DNA from: an uncultured Verrucomicrobiae bacterium | GTDB taxonomy: Bacteria > Verrucomicrobiota > Verrucomicrobiia > Chthoniobacterales > Chthoniobacteraceae | DNA: 42,582 nucleotides | Assembly (NCBI GenBank): GCA_963769025.1 | Contig: CAVYKI010000008.1 | Span: forward strand, 1-42,582 | Direction of reading: 5' to 3' | Shown here: piece by piece, positions 10,800 to 19,225 of the stretch | Layout: each line of letters opens with the position of its first letter | Numbering within the stretch: position 1 is the stretch's first letter | The notes under the pieces: model-generated | What the model was told of the DNA's origin: nothing | What the model saw: the letters and a program-made list of their open reading frames with translations, nothing else | The model's database searches: none | Program-made: the position numbers and the translations under genes

Positions 10800-12431
10800 T
10801 TGAAAGCACGCGATCTCTTCCTCCTCCTCGTTCTCAGTCTGCTGATTTTTTGGGCAGGGCTCGGGAGGATCGGGCTGATCGACCCCGACGAGCCTTTCTA
10901 CGCAGTGACGGCGCGGGAGATGGTCGAGGGCAACGACTGGCTGACGCCGAAAATTTTCGGTGAGCCGCAGTTTGAGAAACCGATCTTCTACTACTGGTGC
11001 GTCGCGGCATCGTTCAAAATTTTCGGCATCAGTGAATGGGCCGGTCGCGTGCCGTCCGCGCTGCCTGCGACGCTCCTGGTTTTCCTCATGTATTGGTTCG
11101 TCACGCGTGTCTTCAACCGGCGCGCCGGGCTCCTCGCCGCAGTCGTGCTCGGGAGCGGGCTGGAATACGCGATCATGTCGCGGCTCATGCTTACCGACAT
11201 CTCGCTGGCGCTCTTCATCGGCGGCGCGCTCTTTTTCTACTGGCTCGCGGTGGATGATGAGAAGAACCGGGCCCGATGGATCATCCTGCACTTCGTCTTT
11301 GGCGGTCTCGCCATGCTGACAAAAGGTCCGCTCGGCCTGATCGTGACGCTGCTGGCAGCCGGCGCATTTTCGCTCGTCACGAAGCGGCCGCATCCGTATC
11401 GCGGCCGCGCGGTGTGGATCGGGATCGCGCTCTATCTCGCGATCGGACTGCCGTGGTATGTCATCATGACGGTGCAGCACGGCTGGGGCTTCCTCCATCA
11501 CTTCATCATGCATGAAAACATCGGGCGGTTCTTCCGCGCCGAGCATCAGGCACACCGCCATTTTTATTACTATTTCGGCATCCTCATCGGCGGTTCGCTG
11601 CCGTGGATTCCGGCGCTCGCCATGGCGTGTTCGCGGGCCGTTCGCGGCATCCGTCACGATCCCCGGCTCGTCTTCTTGTGGAGCTGGCTGATCACGAGCT
11701 TCATCTTCCTCACCTGCGCGCAGTCGAAGCTGCCGTCGTATTTCTTTTTTGTGTTCGTCCCCGTCGCGGTGCTGATCGGCGTGGTGCTGGACGATCTTCT
11801 GGCCAAGGGATTCCGCGACACGAAGGAGCGCGTCGTCGTGCTGTTGCTTGCCATCGTGCAGATCGGCCTTTGCTGCGCGGCACCATTTGTGAAGCAGTCG
11901 CAGCCGTTTCAGGTTCCGGCGCTCGTATTTGCCGGCCTGCTGGCGGTCGGGCTCGTCGCGCTCTGGCGGGGAAAGTTCGCCGTGTGGATCGGCATCAATG
12001 CGACGGCGACTGCCGTGCTGATCATCGGAGCGCTGGTGGTCACGCAGGACAAGGTGGAGGAGTTCAGTTCCGGGCGCCCGGTCGCGGCGGCGATGCTGAA
12101 GCTCCGCCAGGCGAATGAACCGATGCTCGCCGGCAAGGTGCTCGTCCGCGGCGTCCACTTTTACACGCGCCTGCCGATGGTCGTCATCGGCACCCGGGAA
12201 AAGGCGTTCAACTGGACCCAGCACGACATCCCCGTGATCGCCGGCATGGACGGAGTCGGCAAGGCGGGCGGCCTGCGGGCGTTCCTCAAGGAGCATGGCG
12301 CGGCCATCTGCACGATTCGCCGCGGCGAGTGGGAAGCCTACTGGGCGCCGTTCAAGATGTGGGATGAAGCGAATCCGCCCACGTGGTCCGGCGACAGCGT
12401 GATCGTCCGCCTCGTCCACAAGGAGCCGTAG
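10800..12431 (+). CDS. ArnT/PMT-family (GT-C fold) glycosyltransferase
   Basis: DPDEPFY, FEKPIFYYW, LTKGPLG, SKLPSY and many transmembrane segments; TTG start. Confidence 0.92.
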   Translation: MKARDLFLLLVLSLLIFWAGLGRIGLIDPDEPFYAVTAREMVEGNDWLTPKIFGEPQFEKPIFYYWCVAASFKIFGISEWAGRVPSALPATLLVFLMYWFVTRVFNRRAGLLAAVVLGSGLEYAIMSRLMLTDISLALFIGGALFFYWLAVDDEKNRARWIILHFVFGGLAMLTKGPLGLIVTLLAAGAFSLVTKRPHPYRGRAVWIGIALYLAIGLPWYVIMTVQHGWGFLHHFIMHENIGRFFRAEHQAHRHFYYYFGILIGGSLPWIPALAMACSRAVRGIRHDPRLVFLWSWLITSFIFLTCAQSKLPSYFFFVFVPVAVLIGVVLDDLLAKGFRDTKERVVVLLLAIVQIGLCCAAPFVKQSQPFQVPALVFAGLLAVGLVALWRGKFAVWIGINATATAVLIIGALVVTQDKVEEFSSGRPVAAAMLKLRQANEPMLAGKVLVRGVHFYTRLPMVVIGTREKAFNWTQHDIPVIAGMDGVGKAGGLRAFLKEHGAAICTIRRGEWEAYWAPFKMWDEANPPTWSGDSVIVRLVHKEP

Positions 12432-12549
12432 CAGCCTCAACGTGGCGCGCCGGCGTGAAAAACGGGCGCGGAAAGAGCGGTGAACGAAATTTTGCTTGCC
12501 GCCCCCACCTGCGCGCTGTTCAACGCGCAGCTCAGTTCTTTGCGAGTTC

Positions 12550-12785
12550 AACGATAACCACCGGTGCGAAGGAATTCCGTGAGATTCGGAAGCAGTTGCG
12601 CTGCTGTAACTGGATACGACTTCCCATTGCCAGTCCCTGCGAAAGCGGGATGAAGGCGGGAAGAAGGATGGCCGAGCCGAAAGGCGGAGCCGCAAGCCAG
12701 GAGCCAGAACATTTCCCCGGTCGTTCTCATTCGTGACCCCGCGTGTGCGGGTGCTCTCGGAAAAACTTCTTCGCAAAAAGAAGCA
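12550..12785 (+). promoter_or_regulatory. Cobalamin riboswitch (class I-like, sequence variant)
   Basis: Closing helix ACCGG 12560-64/CCGGT 12717-21; AGGAA then P4 TTCCG-TGAGATT-CGGAA; P5 AGC-AGTTGC-GCT then GCTGTAA; CTTCCC/GGGAAG and GCCAGT..TGAAGGC with a GAAA-capped stem; B12-box-like GAGCCAGAACATTTCC; downstream hairpin CTTCTT-CGCAAA-AAGAAG whose loop is complementary to L5. Confidence 0.85.
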
Positions 12786-12866
12786 ATGAGGGATCAGCCG
12801 TCCCGCCGCGGCGCGCTCTGCGCCGTGTCATGCGCTGGTCTCTTTTCACCAGACAGGAGACCAACC

Positions 12867-13550
12867 ATGAAAAAGAAAATCAGCACACTGGCAGTGGCAT
12901 TGTTCGCCGCAGCCGCCGGCCTTCGCGCCGACACATCGTATCTGCTCATCCAGGGCCCATTCGGGCCGCTGGACGCCGAACTCACGTTCAAATGGCAGGT
13001 GAACTATCCAGCCGGAGCGCTTGTGTACGGGCAGGATCTGATGAACGCCGTCTTCGGCGCGCCAACACAGAATGGCGTGTATATGGACGCTTTCGCCAAC
13101 ACGTACGACTACTACGAGGCAGGGACCGGCATGCAGAAAGCCGGGTACATCGATTTCGGAACCATGCCAGGCACACTCACATCGCCTTTTTTGGTCTCGC
13201 TCACGCTGGGTTTGACCACGGTCACCCAGGAACCCGACTACAATCCGGGCTTCACCTACTACGTCGCGGGCGGCGGCGGCGCGCAGGCGTATCCGAATGG
13301 CGGCACCTGGTCGTCGTCGTTGGACGGCGCGGCAACGCGAACACTCGCCAACGGCAGCTATGACGCGTTCGTTTTTGGGCCCACGGATTATCAAATGGAG
13401 GCCCAGATCAGCGGAACGACGAACACGCCCACGGCGACAAACTTCATCGCGGCGACGCCGATCAATGCAGTACCTGAGCCCGCCAGTGCGTTGCTGTTCC
13501 TGATCGGCGCGGGCGGATTGCTTGCGCTCTCGAAGAGGCGGCGTGCGTAA
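12867..13550 (+). CDS. PEP-CTERM sorting-domain surface protein, putative cobalamin-binding (DUF4430/transcobalamin-like)
   Basis: RBS AGGAGA upstream; signal peptide MKKKISTLAVALFAAAAGLRA; C-terminal VPEPASALLFLIGAGGLLALSKRRRA (PEP, TM, basic tail); lies directly under the riboswitch. The B12-binding call is inferred. Confidence 0.85.
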   Translation: MKKKISTLAVALFAAAAGLRADTSYLLIQGPFGPLDAELTFKWQVNYPAGALVYGQDLMNAVFGAPTQNGVYMDAFANTYDYYEAGTGMQKAGYIDFGTMPGTLTSPFLVSLTLGLTTVTQEPDYNPGFTYYVAGGGGAQAYPNGGTWSSSLDGAATRTLANGSYDAFVFGPTDYQMEAQISGTTNTPTATNFIAATPINAVPEPASALLFLIGAGGLLALSKRRRA

Positions 13551-13568
13551 CGGCGCGATTCCGCATTC

Positions 13569-14321
13569 GTGAAAAAAGCTTTCACACTCATCGAGCTGTT
13601 GGTGGTGATCGCGATCATCACCGTGCTCAGCGCACTGTCGGTGGCGGTGATGTCGCGGGCCAAGGTAGCCAGCGCGCGGGTCATCAGCACCCATTCCCTC
13701 AGCCAGTTAATCACGGCCGGGCGCGTTTATCTGGGCGATAACAACAATCTCTTCTGGCCCTACCGCCAGGCTGCGACCGGAGGGACGCTGTGGTGGTTCG
13801 GTTTTGAATCATCCACGTCTGCGCGCATGCCCGAGGGCAAGCGAACGTGCGATTATTCCAAGGGGCCGCTGGGCCCGTATGTCATGACCTCGGGCGGGAT
13901 CAAAACGGATCCCGCATTTCTCGACTGCAAGCCGCGGCTCAAACCGAAGTACCAGAACGGAAACTACGGCTACGGCTACAACACGGTGCTCGCTGCGGAT
14001 GCCGCCGGCACCCCGCGCAATGCCATGCAGGTGGATGAGCCTGCGCAGATGATCGTGTTCGCGACCTGCGCCCAGGTGAACACCTTCCAGGCTCCAGCGT
14101 CGGGAAAAAATCCGATGGTCGAGGAATTCTACATGATCAGCGACACGCAGCGGACAGCCCATTTCCGGCATGGCAGGGATGCGCTGGCGGCGTTCCTCGA
14201 CGGCAGCGTCCGCCCGCTGAGCATGGATACGGACATGCAGCCGGGCAGCCAGGACACCCGCATCCGATCCGCGAACATCGGGATGTTTAACACGGGCTAC
14301 GTGAAGCAGGCAGGTTGGTGA
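13569..14321 (+). CDS. Prepilin-type N-terminal cleavage/methylation protein with C-terminal H-X9-DG motif (DUF1559-like)
   Basis: KKAFTLIELLVVIAII N-methylation motif; YGYN; H-GRDALAAFL-DG; GTG start 18 nt after the PEP-CTERM gene. Confidence 0.92.
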   Translation: MKKAFTLIELLVVIAIITVLSALSVAVMSRAKVASARVISTHSLSQLITAGRVYLGDNNNLFWPYRQAATGGTLWWFGFESSTSARMPEGKRTCDYSKGPLGPYVMTSGGIKTDPAFLDCKPRLKPKYQNGNYGYGYNTVLAADAAGTPRNAMQVDEPAQMIVFATCAQVNTFQAPASGKNPMVEEFYMISDTQRTAHFRHGRDALAAFLDGSVRPLSMDTDMQPGSQDTRIRSANIGMFNTGYVKQAGW

Positions 14322-14342
14322 TTCCGCCCGCGACCCGGCGCG

Positions 14343-14972
14343 TTGCTCGTTGCCCGGAGGCCCGTCGATCGCGTATCGGGTGTCCGGCATTCAACCTCGC
14401 GATCTATCATTCACCCTTCTCCTGCCACCACTTCCGGGCGGCGCGCGCTGCGCCCGCGACACGGCCGGCTCCGTCTCTCCGCCCTCTGCGCGATCTGCTT
14501 CGCGAATCTCGCGGCGGCGGCTCCGCGTGCGGACGGGTGGCGGCATCTGTTCACGGACAAGGTGCTCGCCTGCGGTGTCGCGGCCGTGGCGCTGCTCGTC
14601 CTCTCACTGCTGCTGCGCGGGCTGCTGAAGGTGATCACGCTTGCGGTCGTGGTGGTGCTCGCCGCCGGGGTCTTTTGGTTTCTCCGCGACGGGTGGAGCG
14701 CGCGAACGGACCTGCTGCCGCAGCAATGGACCAGGCTTGCGGATGGGACGATCGATTCACCAAAGGCGCGCGAGGCATGGCAAAGCGTGGAAACGGAGCT
14801 GTCGCAACTTTCCGCGGACGCACGCTCACGGCTCGCGGCCGGGACGGACGACGCACGGAGAATCCTGGTGGCGAAACTCGAAACCCGGGCGCAGAAGCTC
14901 CGCAGGGAAGGCAGCGCCGTGGAGTCCGACCAACTCGCGCGCTTCGCCGATCTGCTCCGGCAGCAGAAATAG
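14343..14972 (+). CDS. Hypothetical membrane protein (2 TM helices plus helical C-terminal domain); start uncertain
   Basis: Hydrophobic segments VLACGVAAVALLVLSLLL and VITLAVVVVLAAGVFWFL followed by a charged helical tail. Confidence 0.6.
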   Translation: MLVARRPVDRVSGVRHSTSRSIIHPSPATTSGRRALRPRHGRLRLSALCAICFANLAAAAPRADGWRHLFTDKVLACGVAAVALLVLSLLLRGLLKVITLAVVVVLAAGVFWFLRDGWSARTDLLPQQWTRLADGTIDSPKAREAWQSVETELSQLSADARSRLAAGTDDARRILVAKLETRAQKLRREGSAVESDQLARFADLLRQQK

Positions 14973-15041
14973 CCCCCGCGCTTGCGTTCCGCAGGCCGTT
15001 TCGGTAGGCGATTCAAGCGCGTCCCTCGCGTGACGCCGCAC

Positions 15042-16559
15042 GTGGAAATCCAAGACCAAAGCACGTTCCCGTCGCAGCCCGTCACCACGCCGGGCACGGA
15101 TGAGGCGTCGCCGGGCACGACGTTGCCGGAGGAGGCCCTCGGGGCCATGTTTGGCATCGCCTGCAGGCAGAGCGGGCCCGCGGATTGGGAGCCGCCGCCG
15201 CCGGAGGAACTGCAACCGGATTTCCCCGATCACGAAATCCGCGGGCTCCTCGGACGCGGTGGCATGGGCGCGGTGTACCAAGGCTGGCACAGGAGCCTGA
15301 ACCGTTTCGAGGCGATCAAAATCCTCCCGCCGACCGCTGATGATGGAATCTCGGATTTCGCCGAGCGGTTCAAGCGCGAGGCCAATGCGATGGCGCAGCT
15401 CAGGCACCCCGGCATCGTCTCCGTGTACGGCGCGGGCGAGACGCCCGGAGGGCTCCTCTATTTTGTCATGGAATACGTGGACGGGACCGACGTGCAACGC
15501 CAGGTCGCCTCGCAGGGACGCCTGGAGCCCTGCGAGGCCCTGCGCATCACCGTCGCGGTGTGCGACGCCCTCGCCTATGCACACGGGCACGGCTTCATCC
15601 ATCGCGACATCAAGCCCTCAAACATCATGCTCGACGCGAGCGGTGCCGTGAAGATCGCCGACTTCGGCCTCGCGAAATGCACCGCGCCCGGGACCGCGTC
15701 GCTCACGATGACAAACGTCGCGATGGGCACGCCCGAGTTCATGGCACCCGAGGCGCTCATGGATGCGGCGAGTGTGGATCACCGCGCGGACCTGTACGCG
15801 GTCGGCGTCACGCTTTACTACATGCTCACGGGGAAAATCCCCCTCCCCGGCTACACCCTGGCCTCCCGCGCCATCACCGGTCTCGACAAGCGGATCGATC
15901 TCATTTTGGCCCGCACGCTGCGGCGCGATCCGGCGGCCCGCTACGGCAGCGCCGGCGAACTGCGGGACGCAATCGCGCCCACTCTCCAGCGCGCTGTCGC
16001 GAGATACACGGCGGCGGGCGGCGCGGGACGCAGGCGCTGGAAAATGATCGTCCTTTTTGGCATCATCGCAGCCTTGGCGGTCGCGATTCCCGCTGCGGCG
16101 AGCCGCTGGCGGCGAGCCGCAGCCCCCCCGTCGCGTCCGGGGGCCGGGGATGCGCGGGCCTTCGGCAACTACCGCTACCTCGTCGTGAAGGAGCAGGTCT
16201 CCTGGGCGGAGGCCGCGGCGCGAGCGAAGGCCATGGGTGGAAATCTCGCGACCGTCAGCAGTGCCGCGGAGCGCGAGATTCTGGATGCGATCTGCGCAAA
16301 GGCGATGCCGAGACGGCTGGGACTGGTCTGGCTCGGGGGCATCCGCACTGAGAATGGAGGCCCGTGGACGTGGGTCACGGGCAAGCCCTTCACCTTCACC
16401 GCCTGGGAATCCGGCAAACCCCGCCTGAGCGGTGCCGCATGGCTCACACTCGCGCCGGTGGGCGAGAAAGATTACGCGTGGAAGGAAATGCTTCAGAACA
16501 CTCCGGATGCCACGAAGCACGTCGGAGGCTTTGTCGTGGAGTGGCCGAAGCCGAAATAG
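15042..16559 (+). CDS. Membrane Ser/Thr protein kinase with C-terminal C-type lectin-like domain
   Basis: LGRGGMGAVY, AIK, HRDIKPSN, DFG, GTPEFMAPE; TM segment MIVLFGIIAALAVAIPAAA; SWAEA..AKAMGGNLATV, VWLGG, WTWVTGKPFTFTAW. Start uncertain (GTG 15042). Confidence 0.92.
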   Translation: MEIQDQSTFPSQPVTTPGTDEASPGTTLPEEALGAMFGIACRQSGPADWEPPPPEELQPDFPDHEIRGLLGRGGMGAVYQGWHRSLNRFEAIKILPPTADDGISDFAERFKREANAMAQLRHPGIVSVYGAGETPGGLLYFVMEYVDGTDVQRQVASQGRLEPCEALRITVAVCDALAYAHGHGFIHRDIKPSNIMLDASGAVKIADFGLAKCTAPGTASLTMTNVAMGTPEFMAPEALMDAASVDHRADLYAVGVTLYYMLTGKIPLPGYTLASRAITGLDKRIDLILARTLRRDPAARYGSAGELRDAIAPTLQRAVARYTAAGGAGRRRWKMIVLFGIIAALAVAIPAAASRWRRAAAPPSRPGAGDARAFGNYRYLVVKEQVSWAEAAARAKAMGGNLATVSSAAEREILDAICAKAMPRRLGLVWLGGIRTENGGPWTWVTGKPFTFTAWESGKPRLSGAAWLTLAPVGEKDYAWKEMLQNTPDATKHVGGFVVEWPKPK

Positions 16560-16703
16560 CACCCGCGATCCGAGCACCAAAGATCCGAAGTGGCACGGTC
16601 GTCCGTTGCCTTCGGGATAGAAATTTTCAATAACCCGGCAATAAACGCCGCCGTTTCGGGTTTGGAAAAGCACAGGGCGAAGGAAGGGGCCCGCCGACAG
16701 AGA

Positions 16704-16997
16704 ATGTTCCAAAGCCGCTGCGAAAACTGCAAGAGCGAGTACAGATGGACGCGCAAGGCGTGTCCACGTTGCTGGCGTCCCAATGAAAACACCCCCGCCG
16801 TGGTCGGGTGCAAACTGCTCTGCGTGGTGCTCATCTGCGCAGCGGTGTGGCTCACGGCGCACCTCTTGATGACAGCCGGCGACGGGAGTGCCGGGGTCGT
16901 GAAGCCCATGCCGGAAAAGGACCGCCCGCGCATTCGACAGTACTACATCGCACCAGAGGAACCGGTGCGCGACCCGGTGCCCGGAAGCCGCCGGTAG
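16704..16997 (+). CDS. Small zinc-ribbon membrane protein (97 aa)
   Basis: CENC-x10-CPRC followed by TM segment LLCVVLICAAVWLTAHLL. Confidence 0.6.
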   Translation: MFQSRCENCKSEYRWTRKACPRCWRPNENTPAVVGCKLLCVVLICAAVWLTAHLLMTAGDGSAGVVKPMPEKDRPRIRQYYIAPEEPVRDPVPGSRR

Positions 16998-17180
16998 CAG
17001 CGGCCCATTCCCGGCACCAGCAGGCGATCCGGCGGCAGCGGGCTCCGTGCGTTTTTGTCATCCGTTCAAAGGCCGCGGCGGCAGCGAAATTCCGCGGGCA
17101 TCGGTCATTCGGGCGTAGCCAAGCCCGCACGAAATGCTCTAGGCTCGCGCCCCTTCACTCCACGAAACCCACAACCCACC

Positions 17181-18539
17181 ATGAATCAGGAACCCAGAAT
17201 CATCACCCCGGATCAATTCACCCGCCGCAGCTTTCTCCAGCGCGGAAGTGCGGCGCTCGGAGGAGCGGCGCTCGTCGGCGCACTCTCCCCTGCCCGCTTT
17301 GCACTCGGCGTCTCGGGCGGGGACGAAATCAAGCTCGCCATCGTCGGCTGCGGCGGACGGGGCTCCGGCGCGGCAAACCAGGCGCTCTCCACCTCGAATC
17401 TCGGCCCGGTGAAGCTCGTCGCGGCGGCTGATGTCCACGAGGACCGGATGGATTCCTCGCTCAAGAATTTGCAGGCCAAGCATGGCGACCGCGCTACGGT
17501 CGCGAAGGAAAACCAGTTCCTCGGCTTCGACGCCTACAAGAAGGCGATCTCGATGGCAGACGTGGTTATCCTTTCCACGCCTCCCGGCTTCCGCCCGATG
17601 ATGTTTGAAGAGGCGATCAAGCAGGGCAAGCACGTCTTCATGGAGAAGCCGGTGGCGACCGACAGCGCCGGCGTGCGCACCGTGCTGGCCGCAGCCAAAC
17701 TCGCGAAGGAAAAGGGACTGAAGGTCGGTGTCGGCCTGCAGCGCCGTCACCAGAAGGGCTACCTCGAAACCGTGAAGCGCCTTCAGGACGGCGCGATCGG
17801 CGACATTACCTCGATGCGCGCCTTCTGGAACGGCAGCCGCCCCTGGCAGAAAAAGCGCGCCGACCTCGAGAAACAATACGGCCGCAAACTGACCGAGATG
17901 GAATACCAGATGCGCAATTGGTACTACTTTACTTGGATCTGCGGCGACCACATCTGCGAGCAGCACATCCACAACATCGACGTCATCAACTGGGTGAAGA
18001 ACGGCGCCCCTGTCAAAGCCCGCGCGATGGGCGGACGCGAAATCAACAATGGCGGCCCGGATGACGGCGAGATCTTCGATCATTTCGCGGTGCAATACGA
18101 ATACGAGGACGGTTCGATTTCCTTCAGCGAGTGCCGGCACCAGGTCGGCTGCTGGAACAGCGTCAGCGAGCACGTCGTGGGCACAAAGGGCAAGTCCGAC
18201 GTGTCGCGCAACACCATCGCCGCGACCGGCGGCGACGCATGGCGCCACAAGAACGAAGGCGACAAGGATCCCTACCAGCAGGAGCACGACGATCTCTTCG
18301 ACGCGATCCGCAACAACAAGCCGTTCAACGAAGCCGAATATGGCGCGATGAGCAGCATGACGGCGATCCTCGGCCGCCTCGCCGCCTACAGCGGCAAGGA
18401 AATCGAAATGGACAAGGCGCTGAAGAGCGAACTGAGCATCTTCCCGAAGAGCCTCGCATGGGACGCCGACATGCCCGTGAAGCCCGGTCCCGACGGCAAC
18501 TATCCGCGCGCGATTCCCGGCAAGACGGTGGTCATCTGA
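17181..18539 (+). CDS. Tat-exported Gfo/Idh/MocA family oxidoreductase
   Basis: TRRSFL Tat motif; IVGCGGRGSGA NAD-binding motif; KHVFMEKPVA; EQHIHNID. Confidence 0.95.
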   Translation: MNQEPRIITPDQFTRRSFLQRGSAALGGAALVGALSPARFALGVSGGDEIKLAIVGCGGRGSGAANQALSTSNLGPVKLVAAADVHEDRMDSSLKNLQAKHGDRATVAKENQFLGFDAYKKAISMADVVILSTPPGFRPMMFEEAIKQGKHVFMEKPVATDSAGVRTVLAAAKLAKEKGLKVGVGLQRRHQKGYLETVKRLQDGAIGDITSMRAFWNGSRPWQKKRADLEKQYGRKLTEMEYQMRNWYYFTWICGDHICEQHIHNIDVINWVKNGAPVKARAMGGREINNGGPDDGEIFDHFAVQYEYEDGSISFSECRHQVGCWNSVSEHVVGTKGKSDVSRNTIAATGGDAWRHKNEGDKDPYQQEHDDLFDAIRNNKPFNEAEYGAMSSMTAILGRLAAYSGKEIEMDKALKSELSIFPKSLAWDADMPVKPGPDGNYPRAIPGKTVVI

Positions 18540-18565
18540 TTCACGGACGACCGGCAAAAACATTC

Positions 18566-18603
18566 ACACCCCGCGCGTGGCCCAGCCACCGCGGGGTGTT
18601 TGC
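18566..18603 (+). terminator. Probable intrinsic terminator hairpin
   Basis: ACACCCCGCG 18566-75 pairs with CGCGGGGTGT 18590-99 around an inner GTGG/CCAC stem; only a short T tract; 26 nt after the oxidoreductase stop. Confidence 0.55.
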
Positions 18604-18694
18604 TTGCCGGATGTGCCGTCGCGACGCCGTGCGGGAAAACCCATTGCGCCGCGCGCGGCACCGTGTGCAATTTGGAGCCACGCCTTTCACTCCG

Positions 18695-19225
18695 ATGCGC
18701 ACATTCCTCTTCCTCGCAATGCTCGGGATGCTGGTGCTCCCGTCCTGCGAGCCTGCGGGCGGCAGTTCCGATGCCGGGAACTACAAGTCCCGCGAAGAGC
18801 GCGCCGGCGTGTTCGAACACATCGCCATCAACGACGACAGCAATGCGCGGCTCGCGGCGCGGGATTCCGTGGGCAAATCACCGCAGCCCCGGCATCTGCT
18901 CGACGCCGCGAGTGACACGTGCCCGGTTCATCGTGAGAAAATGAATGTCCGGGAAATCCCGATCGTCTTTGAGGATCCCGAGACGGGCGGGACGGAATCT
19001 GAAAACCTCTCCGCGACGGCCCGGTTCCCTTTCGGCGCGGAGCGGATTGTTTCCGCCGGGAACGCCCTGCTTCCCGGTGCGGCCCTGACCGCGCGCGTTT
19101 ACCAGTGCGAATCCTGCGTCAAAGCGCGGAAGGCCGCCAATGAGAAGGACGCACTGCCGGTCCGACCGCCGGGGTCGGAGCAGATTCCGGGTGTCATTTT
19201 GCCCGTTTCGCCACCGGGCGGATGA
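18695..19225 (+). CDS. Hypothetical lipoprotein with CPVH...CESC motif
   Basis: MRTFLFLAMLGMLVLPS-C lipobox-like signal; TCPVH and YQCESC. Confidence 0.7.
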   Translation: MRTFLFLAMLGMLVLPSCEPAGGSSDAGNYKSREERAGVFEHIAINDDSNARLAARDSVGKSPQPRHLLDAASDTCPVHREKMNVREIPIVFEDPETGGTESENLSATARFPFGAERIVSAGNALLPGAALTARVYQCESCVKARKAANEKDALPVRPPGSEQIPGVILPVSPPGG

